The position numbers and the translations under genes are program-made. DNA of 64,000 nt from Octopus sinensis. Taxonomy: Eukaryota. The notes below the pieces were generated by a model. That model searched no databases. It was not told the DNA's origin and saw only the letters and a program-made list of their open reading frames with translations. The stretch is taken from positions 49,352,001 to 49,416,000 of the forward strand of contig NC_043000.1 of the NCBI RefSeq assembly GCF_006345805.1, read 5' to 3'. Positions 29,582 to 41,876 of the stretch are shown piece after piece; positions within the stretch are counted from its first letter, which is position 1; every line of letters begins with the position of its first letter.

Positions 29582-29710
29582 GTATATATATATATGTATG
29601 TATATATATGTATATATATATATATATACATACATAAATATATACATATATAATATATATATATATATATACATACATAAATATATACACACACACACAC
29701 ACACACACAT

Positions 29711-29747
<37 letters not shown>

Positions 29748-30044
29748 CATAAATATATACAACACACACACACACGCACACATATATGAGAGAGAGAGGG
29801 AGGGCACAGAGAGAGAAATCAGGCGCTGATGTCGCTAAAATTCAGTGGGCTTGTTAAAAAATAGAACAACGGAGACAGTGTTCATAGCAAAAGATAAAAC
29901 ATTCCCCACTTAAAACGGGATGTTGCGTTAGAACCAAGAGAGAAAAATCCTCATATGGTTTACTGGTGCATAAAAGCACATGATAGCTATCGCCAGTGGC
30001 AGGCAATCACCTCTACGTCCACTGCCAGGACTACCAGATCACAT

Positions 30045-31751
30045 GACCAAGATATTCTCATGGTATGTGAAGAAATGAGGTTTAGTTTTTAACGTAGTCC
30101 TCCTTGTGGATCACAAACTTCTCCCGTCGGTGCTGCAGTGCATGGATCCCATCGGTGAAGAAGCCTTCATTCTATTGGTCAAAACTGTCATCAACAACAG
30201 ATATGATGTCCGCATCACTGCAATATTGCCTCCCAGCCAATCATATTGGTTCCGTCTGGTAGTCAAAGTGGACCAAATCAGAAGAATAAGGAGGCTGATC
30301 AGCCAGTTCAAAGCCACAATCGGATACAGCAGCCACTGAAACCAAGGATTTTGTGCAGGAGCATTATCCTGATGAAACAAGACCTCTTCTGTCAATTTTC
30401 CTGGGCGCTGAATCTTGATAACCTTTCGTAAGTCGGCATAATACTCTCCATTGATGGTGTGGCCCTTTTGAAGATAATCAACAAAAACAATACCGTTGTA
30501 ATCCGAAAAAACTGAGGCCATCACCTTCCCTACAGATGAAATGACATTGGCCTTCTTTGGTGCAGATAAGGCGGAGTGTTTCCACTGCATGGCTTTCTTG
30601 GGAGATAAGGCAGAGTGTTTCCACTGCATAGACTGTCTCTGGCTCACTGTGATGTAGCTAACACTCATCTTGGCTTAGGAAGCATTCAAGGAAACCAGCT
30701 GGATCTGCCTCAAACAATGTCAGATTTTCCCGTAATATGATCAGCCTGGTACGCTTTTATTCAGAGGTGAGAAGAATGGTGCCCATTGAGCAGATACCTT
30801 CAAGTGAAGAACCACAATCATCATGTTGATTGTGCAGAATATTCTCGATTGTCTCGCGGAATGTTCTATTAGCATTGGTTATTTGATTTATAGTCAATCG
30901 TCGGTCATCCATTACCTATTTCTTTACTACCCACAAGGGGCTAAACACAGAGGGGACAAACAAGGACAGACAAACGGATTAAGTCGATTATATCGACCCC
31001 AGTGCGTAACTGGTACTTATTTAATCGACCCCGAAAGGATGAAAGGCAAAGTCGACCTCGGCGGAATTTGAACTCAGAACATAGCGACAGACGAAATACC
31101 TATTTCTTTACTACCCACAAGGGGTTAAACACAGAGAGGACAAACAAGGACAGACAAACGGATTAAGTCGATTATATCGACCCCAGTGTGTAACTGGTAC
31201 TTATTTAATCGACCCCGAAAGGATGAAAGGCAAAGTCGACCTCGGCGGAATTTGAACTCAGAAAGTAGCGGCAGAAGAAATACTGCTAAGCGTTTCGCCC
31301 GGTGCACTAATGTTTCTGCCAGCTCGCCGCCTTTACCATGTGGTGCACACGATCATTTCCTCGGCGGTAGAAATTGCAGGACGTCCAAACTTTGGATCGC
31401 CATTAAGACTCTCCGTTCCCCTCCTAGATTCAGTTGCCCACTTTTGCACTGTTGATAAAACTGGAACGTCATCCCCTAATGTAGCAAACATGTTAGTATG
31501 AATGTCCTTGGGGGTTAAACGCCTTTTTGGTAGGTACTTGATAACTCCACGATGGTAAATTTTGTACAATTTCAACATAAGTCGCAACTAGGTACATTTG
31601 AAGTCTTCTTTGAACAGGGAGACGTCAGCTTACTTGGAAATAAACAATGTAGTTATTAATAAGGAGAGTTGAAATCAATGCATGCGAGATTTTACAGCTC
31701 TAGCATGACTCCTTCATAGTCAACCTATGAACTTTTCAGCCCACCTCCGTA
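30045..31751 (-). mobile_element. Mariner (irritans/Himar-like) pseudo-transposase interrupted by a SINE
   Basis: N-terminal HRGVIKYL..LTPKDIH..LSTVQKWA, central QSMQWKH..GKVMASVF..DYLQKGHTINGEYY..FHQDNAPA. Left TIR GGTGGGCTGAAAAGTTCATAGG at about 31720-31751; the right TIR is mostly lost. Confidence 0.9.
30917..31332 (-). mobile_element. SINE family B dimer nested in the mariner, flanked by TTACC
   Basis: TTACC occurs at 30912-30916 and 31333-31337. Removing the insert rejoins the mariner DRVHHM|VMDDRR sequence. Confidence 0.9.
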
Positions 31752-32009
31752 TTTAAGTATGTGTGTATGTATAGAGAAAGATATGCGTGTGTATATATAG
31801 GTGTGTGTCTGTGTGTATGTCTGAAACTACACAAGTATTTATGTGTTTACGTACTTGTAATACATGCACACACACACATATCTATTTGTATGAACTCACT
31901 CTGTTAATGTTATTAAAAGAAGGCTCTGGAGACGATTATTATTTTTTAATTAATCGTTGCTTTGACAATCTTAGTTAATCGAAGTTTTTAACTTACTGTA
32001 TTATTTATA

Positions 32010-32440
32010 AGGCCTCAAGTTGGATCTGGTCTAGGAGGAACAAAGGCCAACTTCATAAGGCTTAATTTGCCCAATACCAGCGAGTACCTGATTGGCGTAG
32101 TCGTGTAGGCCTGCGGCTCGGCAACCGGCGATCCGTGAGAAAAAAAGAACCCTTGGATCATCCAAGCGCTCACCAGTGCACCCAGCTGGAAACGGGTACT
32201 CAGCCCTTCTCAGGGCCGCAGCACACGTCACAGCAGCGCTAGAAACCAGAGAAACCAATCCCACCTAAGGCGTACTAAAACGGACAGCAGGTGGACATCC
32301 GGGAGTCATTACTTGGATGTGGCCTGACCCCACTAGAGTGTCAGGATTTAAGGACCGAAGCACTTGCCTAAAGGAAGGGTTTCTCCTTAGAGGACCACCT
32401 GCTGTTACGGTCTCCCCGAGTTTCTTTCCATTTATCTACG
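32010..32440. other. Unclassified GC-rich island, possibly a LINE UTR fragment
   Basis: Sharp GC increase over the flanks with no recognisable protein. Confidence 0.35.
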
Positions 32441-32478
32441 TTAAGATGCTAGCGTTTTTGTAATGCAAACGCTCCCTT

Positions 32479-32551
<73 letters not shown>

Positions 32552-32701
32552 GTGCGCGCGCGTGTGTGTGTGCGGCTGTGTGTGTGTGCGTGCGTACGTA
32601 TGTATGTATTTGCTGAAATGGTTTAATCCCTTCAAAACAGGAGGGTTTAATTTGAGGAAAAGTTGGCTGCTTTTTCTGGCAGGTCGAGCGATTATGTTAA
32701 G

Positions 32702-32797
<96 letters not shown>

Positions 32798-32910
32798 TAT
32801 ATATATACATATATAGACAAAAAGGATGCCAGTACATATATATATACATATATATATATGTATATATATGTATATATATGTGTGTGTGTGTGTATGTATG
32901 TAGGTGGGTA

Positions 32911-32965
<55 letters not shown>

Positions 32966-33474
32966 GATGCTGTTCTTATTTAACTCCAACTCATTCCTAA
33001 TCAAAAACGGTACCAAGAATTATATTTTATAATGTCCTTAATTGTGTAAAGTTTGTGGGGGTGTAATTTCATATAGATTTGGCTGTTATTTCAAAGATAT
33101 CCTGTGACTACATGGCAGTTTCCAACCTTTGCCTCGATGTGTATTTATTTAGATATGTAGGTTGGTAGTTAGGTAGGTTTGTATGCAAGACGTGTTAACC
33201 CTTATGGTAACAGTACAAATGAAATAAAATATCTTCCGGTCGCAAACCAAAATAACCATTGTGAATATTTCGTCTGGTAACATTTGTAGCTTTTATTTTT
33301 AAACAACTGGCGATATATTTATATGCGTGTGTGTGTACATACATACACACACACATTTATAATGTATATATATACATGTATATATATATATATATGTATA
33401 TATATATACATATATATATATACATATATTATATATTATATATATAATATATATATATATACATATATATATAC

Positions 33475-33548
<74 letters not shown>

Positions 33549-33561
33549 CATATATATATAC

Positions 33562-33609
<48 letters not shown>

Positions 33610-33629
33610 GCATATATATATGCATATAT

Positions 33630-33684
<55 letters not shown>

Positions 33685-34269
33685 TCTAAGTGGAACCCTT
33701 AATGATTTAATTCAATGTTCCAATAGAAGTCTATTCTCTGTCTGCTGAGTCAATCTAGTTTAATGGATTCTTTCTCGTGGTATTTTTATTTTATATGTTT
33801 TGTTTTTGTTTTTTTTTTTACTTTATTTTCTCTCTTCTCATTCCTGTCTTAATCTGGATATATCAAATGAAATTTTTCGGCAGGAGAGTAAATGGGAAGA
33901 GAGACAGAAAGAATGCACATTGCGTGTGCGGCGCATTGTGCATTGTGAGTATTATTGTATTATGTATGACTGTTGTGTATGTTTTGTATGTATCATGTGT
34001 GACTGTATTGTGTTATTGTGCGTATTGTATAGATATATAATACGAAAGCAGACGATTGTCGTGTGAGCTAGATATTGAACAAACAGCTGAGAAGCAATCT
34101 AAACACCAGAAACTTTTATGCGGTCGATCAACGCGGTTGAAATTACAGCCAAATCTCTGTAAAAAATCACACCCAAGATATTTGTCGAAAAAGGGACACT
34201 TTGGATTATATGTTCGAATGTGTTTGTGTTTGTGACCTAGATCGTTTAAATTTTGATACGCTTCAAAAT

Positions 34270-34740
34270 AGTTTCAATCACAACTGAGTCTTTCGTGCCG
34301 TCGTTGGACCCAAATCGCGAATACTCTTGCAAAAATTCCCGATGCACGCAGTTGTATCCACTTATTTTGCAGTCCGCTTTCATTTCATCTGTATCATCAA
34401 ATCTTTGTTTCTAAAGACAATTCAGTATTGGACTAAACAGGTGGAAGTATCAGTGCGCCAGATCTGGGCTGTATGGATAATGGGTGACTAATGATCATCC
34501 CAATTTGTCCATTGCCTGATTAATTCCCACAGAGATGTGCAGTGATGCATTATCATGATGAATGTGGACCATTTTCATATTTTCGTTGTTTGTTGTAATA
34601 GTTTCTCTGAGCATTTTTAAGAGTCACAATGCAGTGCTAATCTTCCCGTTACACAAAATCAAGGAGAATGACGCGCTGTCGTTCCAAGAAAAACAGTTAC
34701 CACGATACTCTGTCCTGATTGCTGAATATTAAACTTCTTC
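34270..34740 (-). mobile_element. Old mariner transposase fragment
   Basis: Manual minus-strand translation gives HIHHDNASLH, HYPYSPDLA and RFDDTDEMK, with stops. Confidence 0.75.
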
Positions 34741-35000
34741 AGCCTTGGAGAAGAGGTGTGTCATTTTTCCATGAACTGAGCCTTCGTTTCGGATCATAAA
34801 GTTTTATCTTGTCATAAGATTCCAGTAGATCAGAGTAGGTATCCACCCATCGCTCCTTCATATTTGATGTCAGCTGAGTGGACTGGTGCAACGTGAAATA
34901 AAGTGTCTTGCTCCAGGACACAACGCGTCGCTGGGAATTGAACTCACGACCTTACAATCGTGAGCCGAGTACCCTAACCACTAAGCCACGCGCCTTCACA
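34740..35000 (-). mobile_element. SINE family C head with an alternative tail
   Basis: GTGAAGGCGCGTGGCTTAGTGGTTAGGG head on the minus strand, and a tail unlike that of 36059. Confidence 0.8.
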
Positions 35001-35439
35001 TTATACACTTCAAAAAGAAATACTTTCAGATTCCCAGTCTTCCCACCACCTTTTGTTCTGTCATGCATTCTGATCACCTAGCTAAACACACATACAGAAA
35101 TTTACGTGTTACCCCATATGTAGCCCGAACACCAGCGAACTCAATAGACAGTGCAATGTTCTTTTTCATCATTTGTTACACGTATTTAATCATATGTTAC
35201 TTCAACCCATTTTGTCTGGCTGCTCTGGGAATGAAGTGTGTAAACCTTGGTAGATGGGTAAGAGAGATGATTGAATGTGAGTCCTAGTAATCCTAAATGA
35301 AGATCAAAAGACTATGCGACATTTTTTTTTTCATCAATTGTTACATGTTATTTAATCATATGCTGCTTCAACCCATTTTGTTTGTCCGGATTTGTGAATG
35401 AAAAGTGTATATGCCTTGTTACATGTGTAAGTGATATGG

Positions 35440-35822
35440 TGGAGGCGCAATGGCCCAGTGGTTAGGGCAGCGGACTCGCGGTCATAGGATCGCGGTTTCG
35501 ATTCCCAGACCGGGCGTTGTGAGTGTTTATTGAGCGAAAACACCTAAAGCTCCACGAGGCTCCGGCAGGGGATGGTGGTGATCCCTGCTGTACTCTTTCA
35601 CCACAACTTTCTCTCACTCTTTCTTTCTGTTTTTGTTGTACCTGTATTTCAAAGGGCTGGCCTTGTCACTCTCTGTGTCACGCTGAATATCCCCGAGAAC
35701 TACGTTAAGGGTACACGTGTCTGTGGAGTGCTCAGCCACTTACACGTTAATTTCACGAGCAGGCTGTTCCGTTGATTCGGATCAACCGGAACCCTCGTCG
35801 TCGTAACCGACGGAGTGCTTCC
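35440..35822 (+). mobile_element. SINE with a family E tRNA-Arg-like head and a family C tail
   Basis: A-box TGGCCCAGTGG, B-box GGTTTCGATTCC and a TCG anticodon-like loop. The tail is shared with 36200-36385. Confidence 0.88.
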
Positions 35823-36058
35823 AAGTGATATGACTTGAACGTAAGAACTAGTCATTCTAAAAAGATCAGTGTTGATGAGTGGTTTGTGTGGTCCCCGTGT
35901 CTATCACTCTATTTTCATCATTTTCACTCTTTCATTATCCATACGCTATTTTGGCACTCATGTTTTGTCTGTCTTGTGTTATCCCTTCTGTGTATCAGCT
36001 TTTAATAGTGAATAGAAAAAGTAATATCCGCCGAAAAAAAAGATATATGGTTGCATAA

Positions 36059-36385
36059 TGTGAAGGCGCGTGGCTTAGTGGTTAGGGCATTCGGCTCACG
36101 ATTGTAAGGTCGTGAGTTCAGTTCCCATCGACGCGTGGTGTCCTTGAGCAAGACACTTTATTTCACGTTGCTCCAGTCCACTCAGCTGGCAAAAATGAGT
36201 ACTTCCTGTATTTTAAAGGGCCAGCCTTGTCACATTCTGTGTCACGCTGAATCTCCCTGAGAACTTACGTTAAGGGTACACGTGTCTGTGGAGTGCTCAG
36301 CCACTTGCACGTTAATTTCACGAGCAAGAGCTGTTCCGTTGATCGTATAAGCTGGGACCCTCGTCGTCGTAACCGACGAAGTGCT
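36059..36385 (+). mobile_element. Full-length SINE family C
   Basis: tRNA head, CCTTGAGCAAGACACTTTATTTCACGTTGCTCCAGTCCACTCAGCTGG domain and a tail ending CGTCGTAACCGACG. Confidence 0.9.
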
Positions 36386-36573
36386 TCTCTGTCTCTGTCT
36401 CTGTCTCTCTCTATATCTGTCTATCTCTTTCTCTCCCTATATGTATGTGTGTGTATGTGTATGTATGTATATAGGCGAAAGTAAAGAATAGTACACCAGG
36501 TGTTAGGGTGTTAGAATTAGGCTTGTTAAACTTTATGTACAATAAATTGATCATATTTCTATATATTTCTACA

Positions 36574-36835
36574 AGACGCATGGCTCAGTGGTTAGAGCGT
36601 CAATCGTGAGGTATTGAGTTCGATTCCTGGACCGGGCTGTGTGAGGTGTTATTGAGTAAAACACATTATTTCACGTTCTCAAGCTGTAGAAATGAGTTGC
36701 GACGTCACGTGGCATGGAGAAGGGAGGCTAGTATGCCTGAGCTACTGCTGCTCTTCCATAAACAACCTTACCTGGACTTATGCCTCGGAAGATCATTTTC
36801 TAGGTGCAATCCCATGATAGCTTTTTTGTTATACA
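36574..36835 (+). mobile_element. Diverged tRNA-SINE (C-like head, distinct tail)
   Basis: TGGCTCAGTGG A-box and GAGTTCGATTCC B-box. Confidence 0.7.
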
Positions 36836-37227
36836 TTTCCTCATATTTAATTTTTTTAAATATAATAGAATCTTTTTTTAACATCGAATGGCTAGGTGGG
36901 TCCATCTGAGTAAAATAGGAATCAAAAGGGATCTATAGGTTTTTTAAAAAATGGTTTAGAAACACTGTTTTATTACTTCGTCGCCAATAGATTTAAATAC
37001 CCGTAATACACTGAGATAAAAATCCAAATCTCTTAAACTCCAGCTCACAGCAGAAATTCACCTCGTGTGTCCAGTGAAAAGGAATCAATATCGCAACTTT
37101 GTGCAACATTTTTCCCATTTACCCTTTAGTTCAACTGAAAGAGTTAGTGCCAGAAACATTAAAGGAATGGACACTGGAAGGTTTACAAGGCTTAATGATG
37201 CATTGCCAAGATGGTCAATTGTCCTTC

Positions 37228-37269
<42 letters not shown>

Positions 37270-38454
37270 ACTTTAGATATTTTCGACTGATCTTCAATCT
37301 AAGTATTCTTCTAAGACCCGTTATACAGAATATAGAATATACACCGTATTCATCGTTCATGAACCATTTACTTGTTTTGTGGGGGTTTTGTGGGGTTTTT
37401 TTTCTTTTATTTTTGTTATTTACTTATATTATTTGTTATGTTGTTGTTCTTGTTCCGTACTTGTTGTTACTGTTGTTGTAGCTAAAAATGGTGGTGGTGG
37501 TGGTATTTATTCTTCAGGTGTTAGATTATGTTTGGTACGTTATTATTACTGGTCCATTTAACTAAATACTTTAAATTCCTCAGGTGATTTACGTATCAAT
37601 CAAAAGCAGCAGTTCTGAAACACCATCTCCACCGTAACCAACGCCCCTACCATCAACGTCACCGTTTCCAACACCGACACCACCAACCCCATACACGTAC
37701 ACACTAAATTCTTTCTTTTAAATATAACTAACGTTGCATTAAACATTAGTTCCAGTATTTTTTCCATTAAAGGTATAGTGAAGTGATTATTTACCGATGA
37801 GAAGGTTAAAGAGCTTAACACTTTCCTCTTTCCCTTTTCTTTTTCTTTTATTAGTTTTTTTTATATATATATATATTTTTTTTCTTTTTAACTCTCATCT
37901 CAGCTATTCAAGTAGTAAAAACCAAATTATCCAATGACTGAAGCTGTTTCATTCGATGTCTTCTAATTCTTTCAATGAGCCATTTTCTTTAAATCTATGG
38001 TTCGTAGGATATTTTTTCTCTTTTATTTATTTATTTTTTTTCTCTATTTTTATTACTATCTATCTGATCACATCACATGCCGGACAAAATGTCATAAGGG
38101 GGATTTAGTTACGTTCGTTTACATTATGAGTTCAAATCACGCTGAGAATCGATATTGTATTTTATCCTACCCTGATCGATAAAATAAGTATCAGTCAAGT
38201 ACTGGAGTTAGTTTAATCCACTTCACACTTCCATTAAACTTAGAGGACTTACATTAACGTAAGAAATGAAGATTAGTGAACTGACACGATGGTAGATTGC
38301 GGGTCCAAATGCTTAATATAATTTATTTCTTGTCTTCTATATGACGTATTCATGTTTGATTTTCGCTTTTACGTGGTAGATAACAAAAAGCTAAGTAATA
38401 AACTGATTTCAATTCAACTAAACTCTAAAACATGTCAGTGAATTTCCAGATTAT

Positions 38455-38650
38455 CACATATTGATTTCAAACTCTGGCAAAAGGCCAGGGGATCGATCCC
38501 AGTGTTCAACTGATATTTATTTTATCGACCCCGAAAGGATGAAAGGCGAAGTCGACCTCGGCGGAATTTGAGCTCAGAACGTAAAGACGGACGAAATGTT
38601 GGTAAGCATTTTGCCCGGCATGCTAACGACTCAGCCAGCTTGACGCCTTC
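38455..38650 (-). mobile_element. SINE family B
   Basis: CGACCCCGAAAGGATGAAAGGCGAAGTCGACCTCGGCGG. Confidence 0.85.
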
Positions 38651-39789
38651 AGATTGTCAAATATTAAGTACAATATTAATCCCTGTTCTTTAAGTTCTGA
38701 GATCAGGTTTGACCTTTAAGCAACTAACCTAGTTCAACCAAATCTTTCATCTTTCCGAGATCCATAATGATGTCCTAGTCTAGTCTAATGGAATTCGTAG
38801 AGCTTTGTAAAAAAATACTTTGTCATATTTGTTCTGGTTCTTTAAGTTCTGAGTACCCAAACAGGTGTGATGAACTTGTATGTATTTAGCTTACAAATTT
38901 GCGCCTGGTCTGAAATTCCTGATATTTTAAGGAAAGCTATGGGAACCCACTTTTTTAATCTCGTATGAAAATACCATGGTAAACACATAGAAAGTGTTGA
39001 GGAACTCACTGAGGGCCGTTCGTTGACCTGATGATGCAGAAAGAAAAAAAGAAAATAAGAATAAATTTGCAAAAATTGCTAACCTGAGTATCTTACTATA
39101 TTCCAATTCATTTATCTATATTTTTCAATTAAATTATACTAGACTTGATTATGTTTCTTCCGTCTCCAGAGTCAACAAAATAACTATTCCTACATACCGA
39201 AAATGTTATAGCGCTTCCCATTTTTCATGCTGACGACATCATTATGCCTGTGTTATTTCCCAAAATGGATATCTAGAGAGAAAACAGTTACAAGGTTCTG
39301 TAGCTCCGAGTTAACTTGATCTAACAAGTATTCTTTATCGAATTGGCTTAGGTAAACCGATCGAAAAATTAGGTATATATTTCTGTTGCTCTCCTAACTA
39401 AAAAACAATAGTGTAAGCTCTAATAAGCAATAGTAAATTTTATAGGGGTCAGTGTGACAGCTGAAGCTGGCAAGCAGATATCATTTCTATTTCTCTTCAG
39501 CTTTTTCTGTGGGGCATTCAGTAAAACTTCAGGTAGGAATCGCAGGCTGTGCTGAATGAAAATAGGTTGATAAATTATCAAATTAGCAGAACAGAAGTTT
39601 AAGTTAGTGAGTCACTGGGTTTCATGCACAAAACAGTCTTATTTTTTTTTTAATGTTCTTCCTTAAAAAATTAAAGAAACGAAAAACAAAAAGAACTAAC
39701 AATAACTGTTAGGAACTTGTAGCGGGCAAGATGAAAGATGTGATATCATGTCGATATGATGTAGCCCACTGCCGAATGTAGCGTGTGGA

Positions 39790-40329
39790 TGTAACGCTTA
39801 AAGGTTCTCGCGTCGGAGTAACCAGTGAACAACGAAGAATCAACACCAAGAAAGAAGAAATACTATTTACATATATTTATTCGTTTGCCCGACAGTTAGT
39901 TAGATACAGCAGCAATTCTAGTGGTTGGCTCGCTGGTTAGTAGTAATAAGTCGTCTGTCAGTAGAGAGTGAAAGAGTAAGGAATGCACGGTGCTAACTAG
40001 AAAGAATAAAGGTGGCATCGTCTCTTTTGCGGCCGAAAGGAAAGTGCTGCACTTAGTCATAGCTGCCGCAAAAGAGCGTGTGGTTCTTTGGTCTGATTCG
40101 CACAAGAGAGGAAGAGACAGGAACTGTTCCGTTATAAAGACTATAGTCAGTAATGTATGTCGAACCCTAAACAAAGGACTGACTTTTCCTTGACCAGCAC
40201 AGGTCCTTGGGGATCAAGTGCTTCTTCATCGATTATCTGGTGTGGAGAGGATTTCCCGCTTGTTTTGACAAGCAACAAGCGGGTAGATTTGGTTCCAAAT
40301 CTCGGGCAGGGCGAAGCGAGGTCCCTACA
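39790..40329 (-). mobile_element. Possible solo LTR
   Basis: A 540-bp GC-richer block bounded by TGTAAC and CCTACA, with AATAAA on the minus strand near its 3' end. No TSD was found. Confidence 0.4.
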
Positions 40330-41085
40330 ACCTATTAAAGAAATGGGAGGTAATACCAAGAAACTGAGAGTTAATCTTTCAAAGCTAATTATCATATTGA
40401 GAAGAACATTTAATCTTTGCTTGCAAGAAAAAACAACTATGGGTATGTTTCAGTCGATTAAAACTCATCAGCATAGTATCGTCTATTCAAACTTTCCTGA
40501 TCAGTTGACAAAGACTTTTACACAAAAAAAAAAACAAAAAAAAGAAAGAATTTTTTACCAGTATAATTTGCACAATTAAAAAATATAATTATCTAATACA
40601 AGTAACTAAATTAATGGTTGCTAGACTATCGACTTTTGAATGGAGACAGACTGATGTATTGTCAGTTGTCTGTATGAAAACATTGTTGGACAGTTGGGTA
40701 ATCAGTTGGCGGTGATTCAACAGTTTGTATCACACCATCGGCACTAATTTGTCTTCTTGGTTAAAGCGTTTTATTCTCGTTGGTTCAGTTCAACTAATTG
40801 TAAATAGTGTGAACATTGTATAGCTAACAACTGTTTTGTTAGTTGGAAGTGCTAATTTCAGTCTTCATTACAATCTAGAAAAGAAAATACGAAATTTCTC
40901 CAGTGCTCAGTCTCGGGCTAGTATTATCAATTACTGTAGAGAACATCATTCTTGAAACTTTCCTTGCTCTGATTTTAAAACTGTAATCTTAAGTGCAGAA
41001 CGTTTCATTCCTTGTCAAACAAATCCTGTACAGAAATCCATAGTGCAATCCAGTATATTCATCCAGAATAGACAGGCATACAAAA

Positions 41086-41585
41086 TACTGGGTTGTCTGG
41101 AAAATTCTTGCCGATTTTTAAAGGAAAAGAAAAAAGGTCAATAAATACTTGCCATTACATTTTTAATCAAACAAATATGAACCATTTTGTTGCACAATGC
41201 ATCTCCATCTTTCCTTTAACTTGAAAATACCCTCTTCCCAGAATTGAGGTGGTTTCATGGCAAAGAATTCATCAAGGTATCTTTTTACGTCATCCAAGGA
41301 ATTGAAAGTATTACCATTAAGACTATTCTGCAGAGACCTGAATAAGTGGAAATCCGAAGGTGCAATATCTGGTGAATATGGAGGGTGGGGTAACACATCC
41401 TAGCCGAGCTGCAGTAATTTTTGTCTGGTTCCCAAAGCATGAAGTGCCGAAAGTGAACTTTTTTAGCTTCCATTTTAAAGGGTTACAGAATTAACACAGG
41501 TTATAGGAACATAAACCTTCTTCCACGAAAAGATCGCTTAAACTGTGCTCTAAACGGAAGTGTAGTCAATCCTATTTTATGGACT
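41086..41585 (-). mobile_element. Internally deleted mariner with the left TIR lost
   Basis: N-terminal MEAKKVHFRHFMLW is fused to C-terminal LPHPPYSPDIAPSDFHLFRSLQ...QQNGSYLFD. The right TIR starts at 41086. Confidence 0.9.
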
Positions 41586-41876
41586 CATCTTCTATTCCTT
41601 CTCTGTCCATTTTTCCATATTTTTCCGGCAAATGTTGAAAATATACACCGTTCGTGCCATTCTCATTGTTCTCAGAGAACCTGCGGACGCAGTGTGACAA
41701 CTCCTTCGTCCAGGTTAAATAGCATAAAAATATAGCTGTAGGTGTTCCAAGATTTATGAGCTCAGTATTGCAAGGTAATATAGCAACTGTCTAACAAAAT
41801 GAAACCCGATCTTCTGACCCTCCCTAAGACTAATAGACAAATACAGTAGTACTTCGGTTTTCGAGCACTTCTGATC
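41586..41876 (+). repeat. 291-bp direct repeat, copy 1 (copy 2 at 47225-47515)
   Basis: Manual alignment shows 4 substitutions in 291 bp. Confidence 0.93.

Noticed and set aside
35440-35515. tRNA-like sequences at SINE heads (also 949, 36059, 36574, 61090)
   Set aside because: A and B boxes are present, but there is no proper acceptor stem and each is followed by a SINE body, so they are not called tRNA genes.
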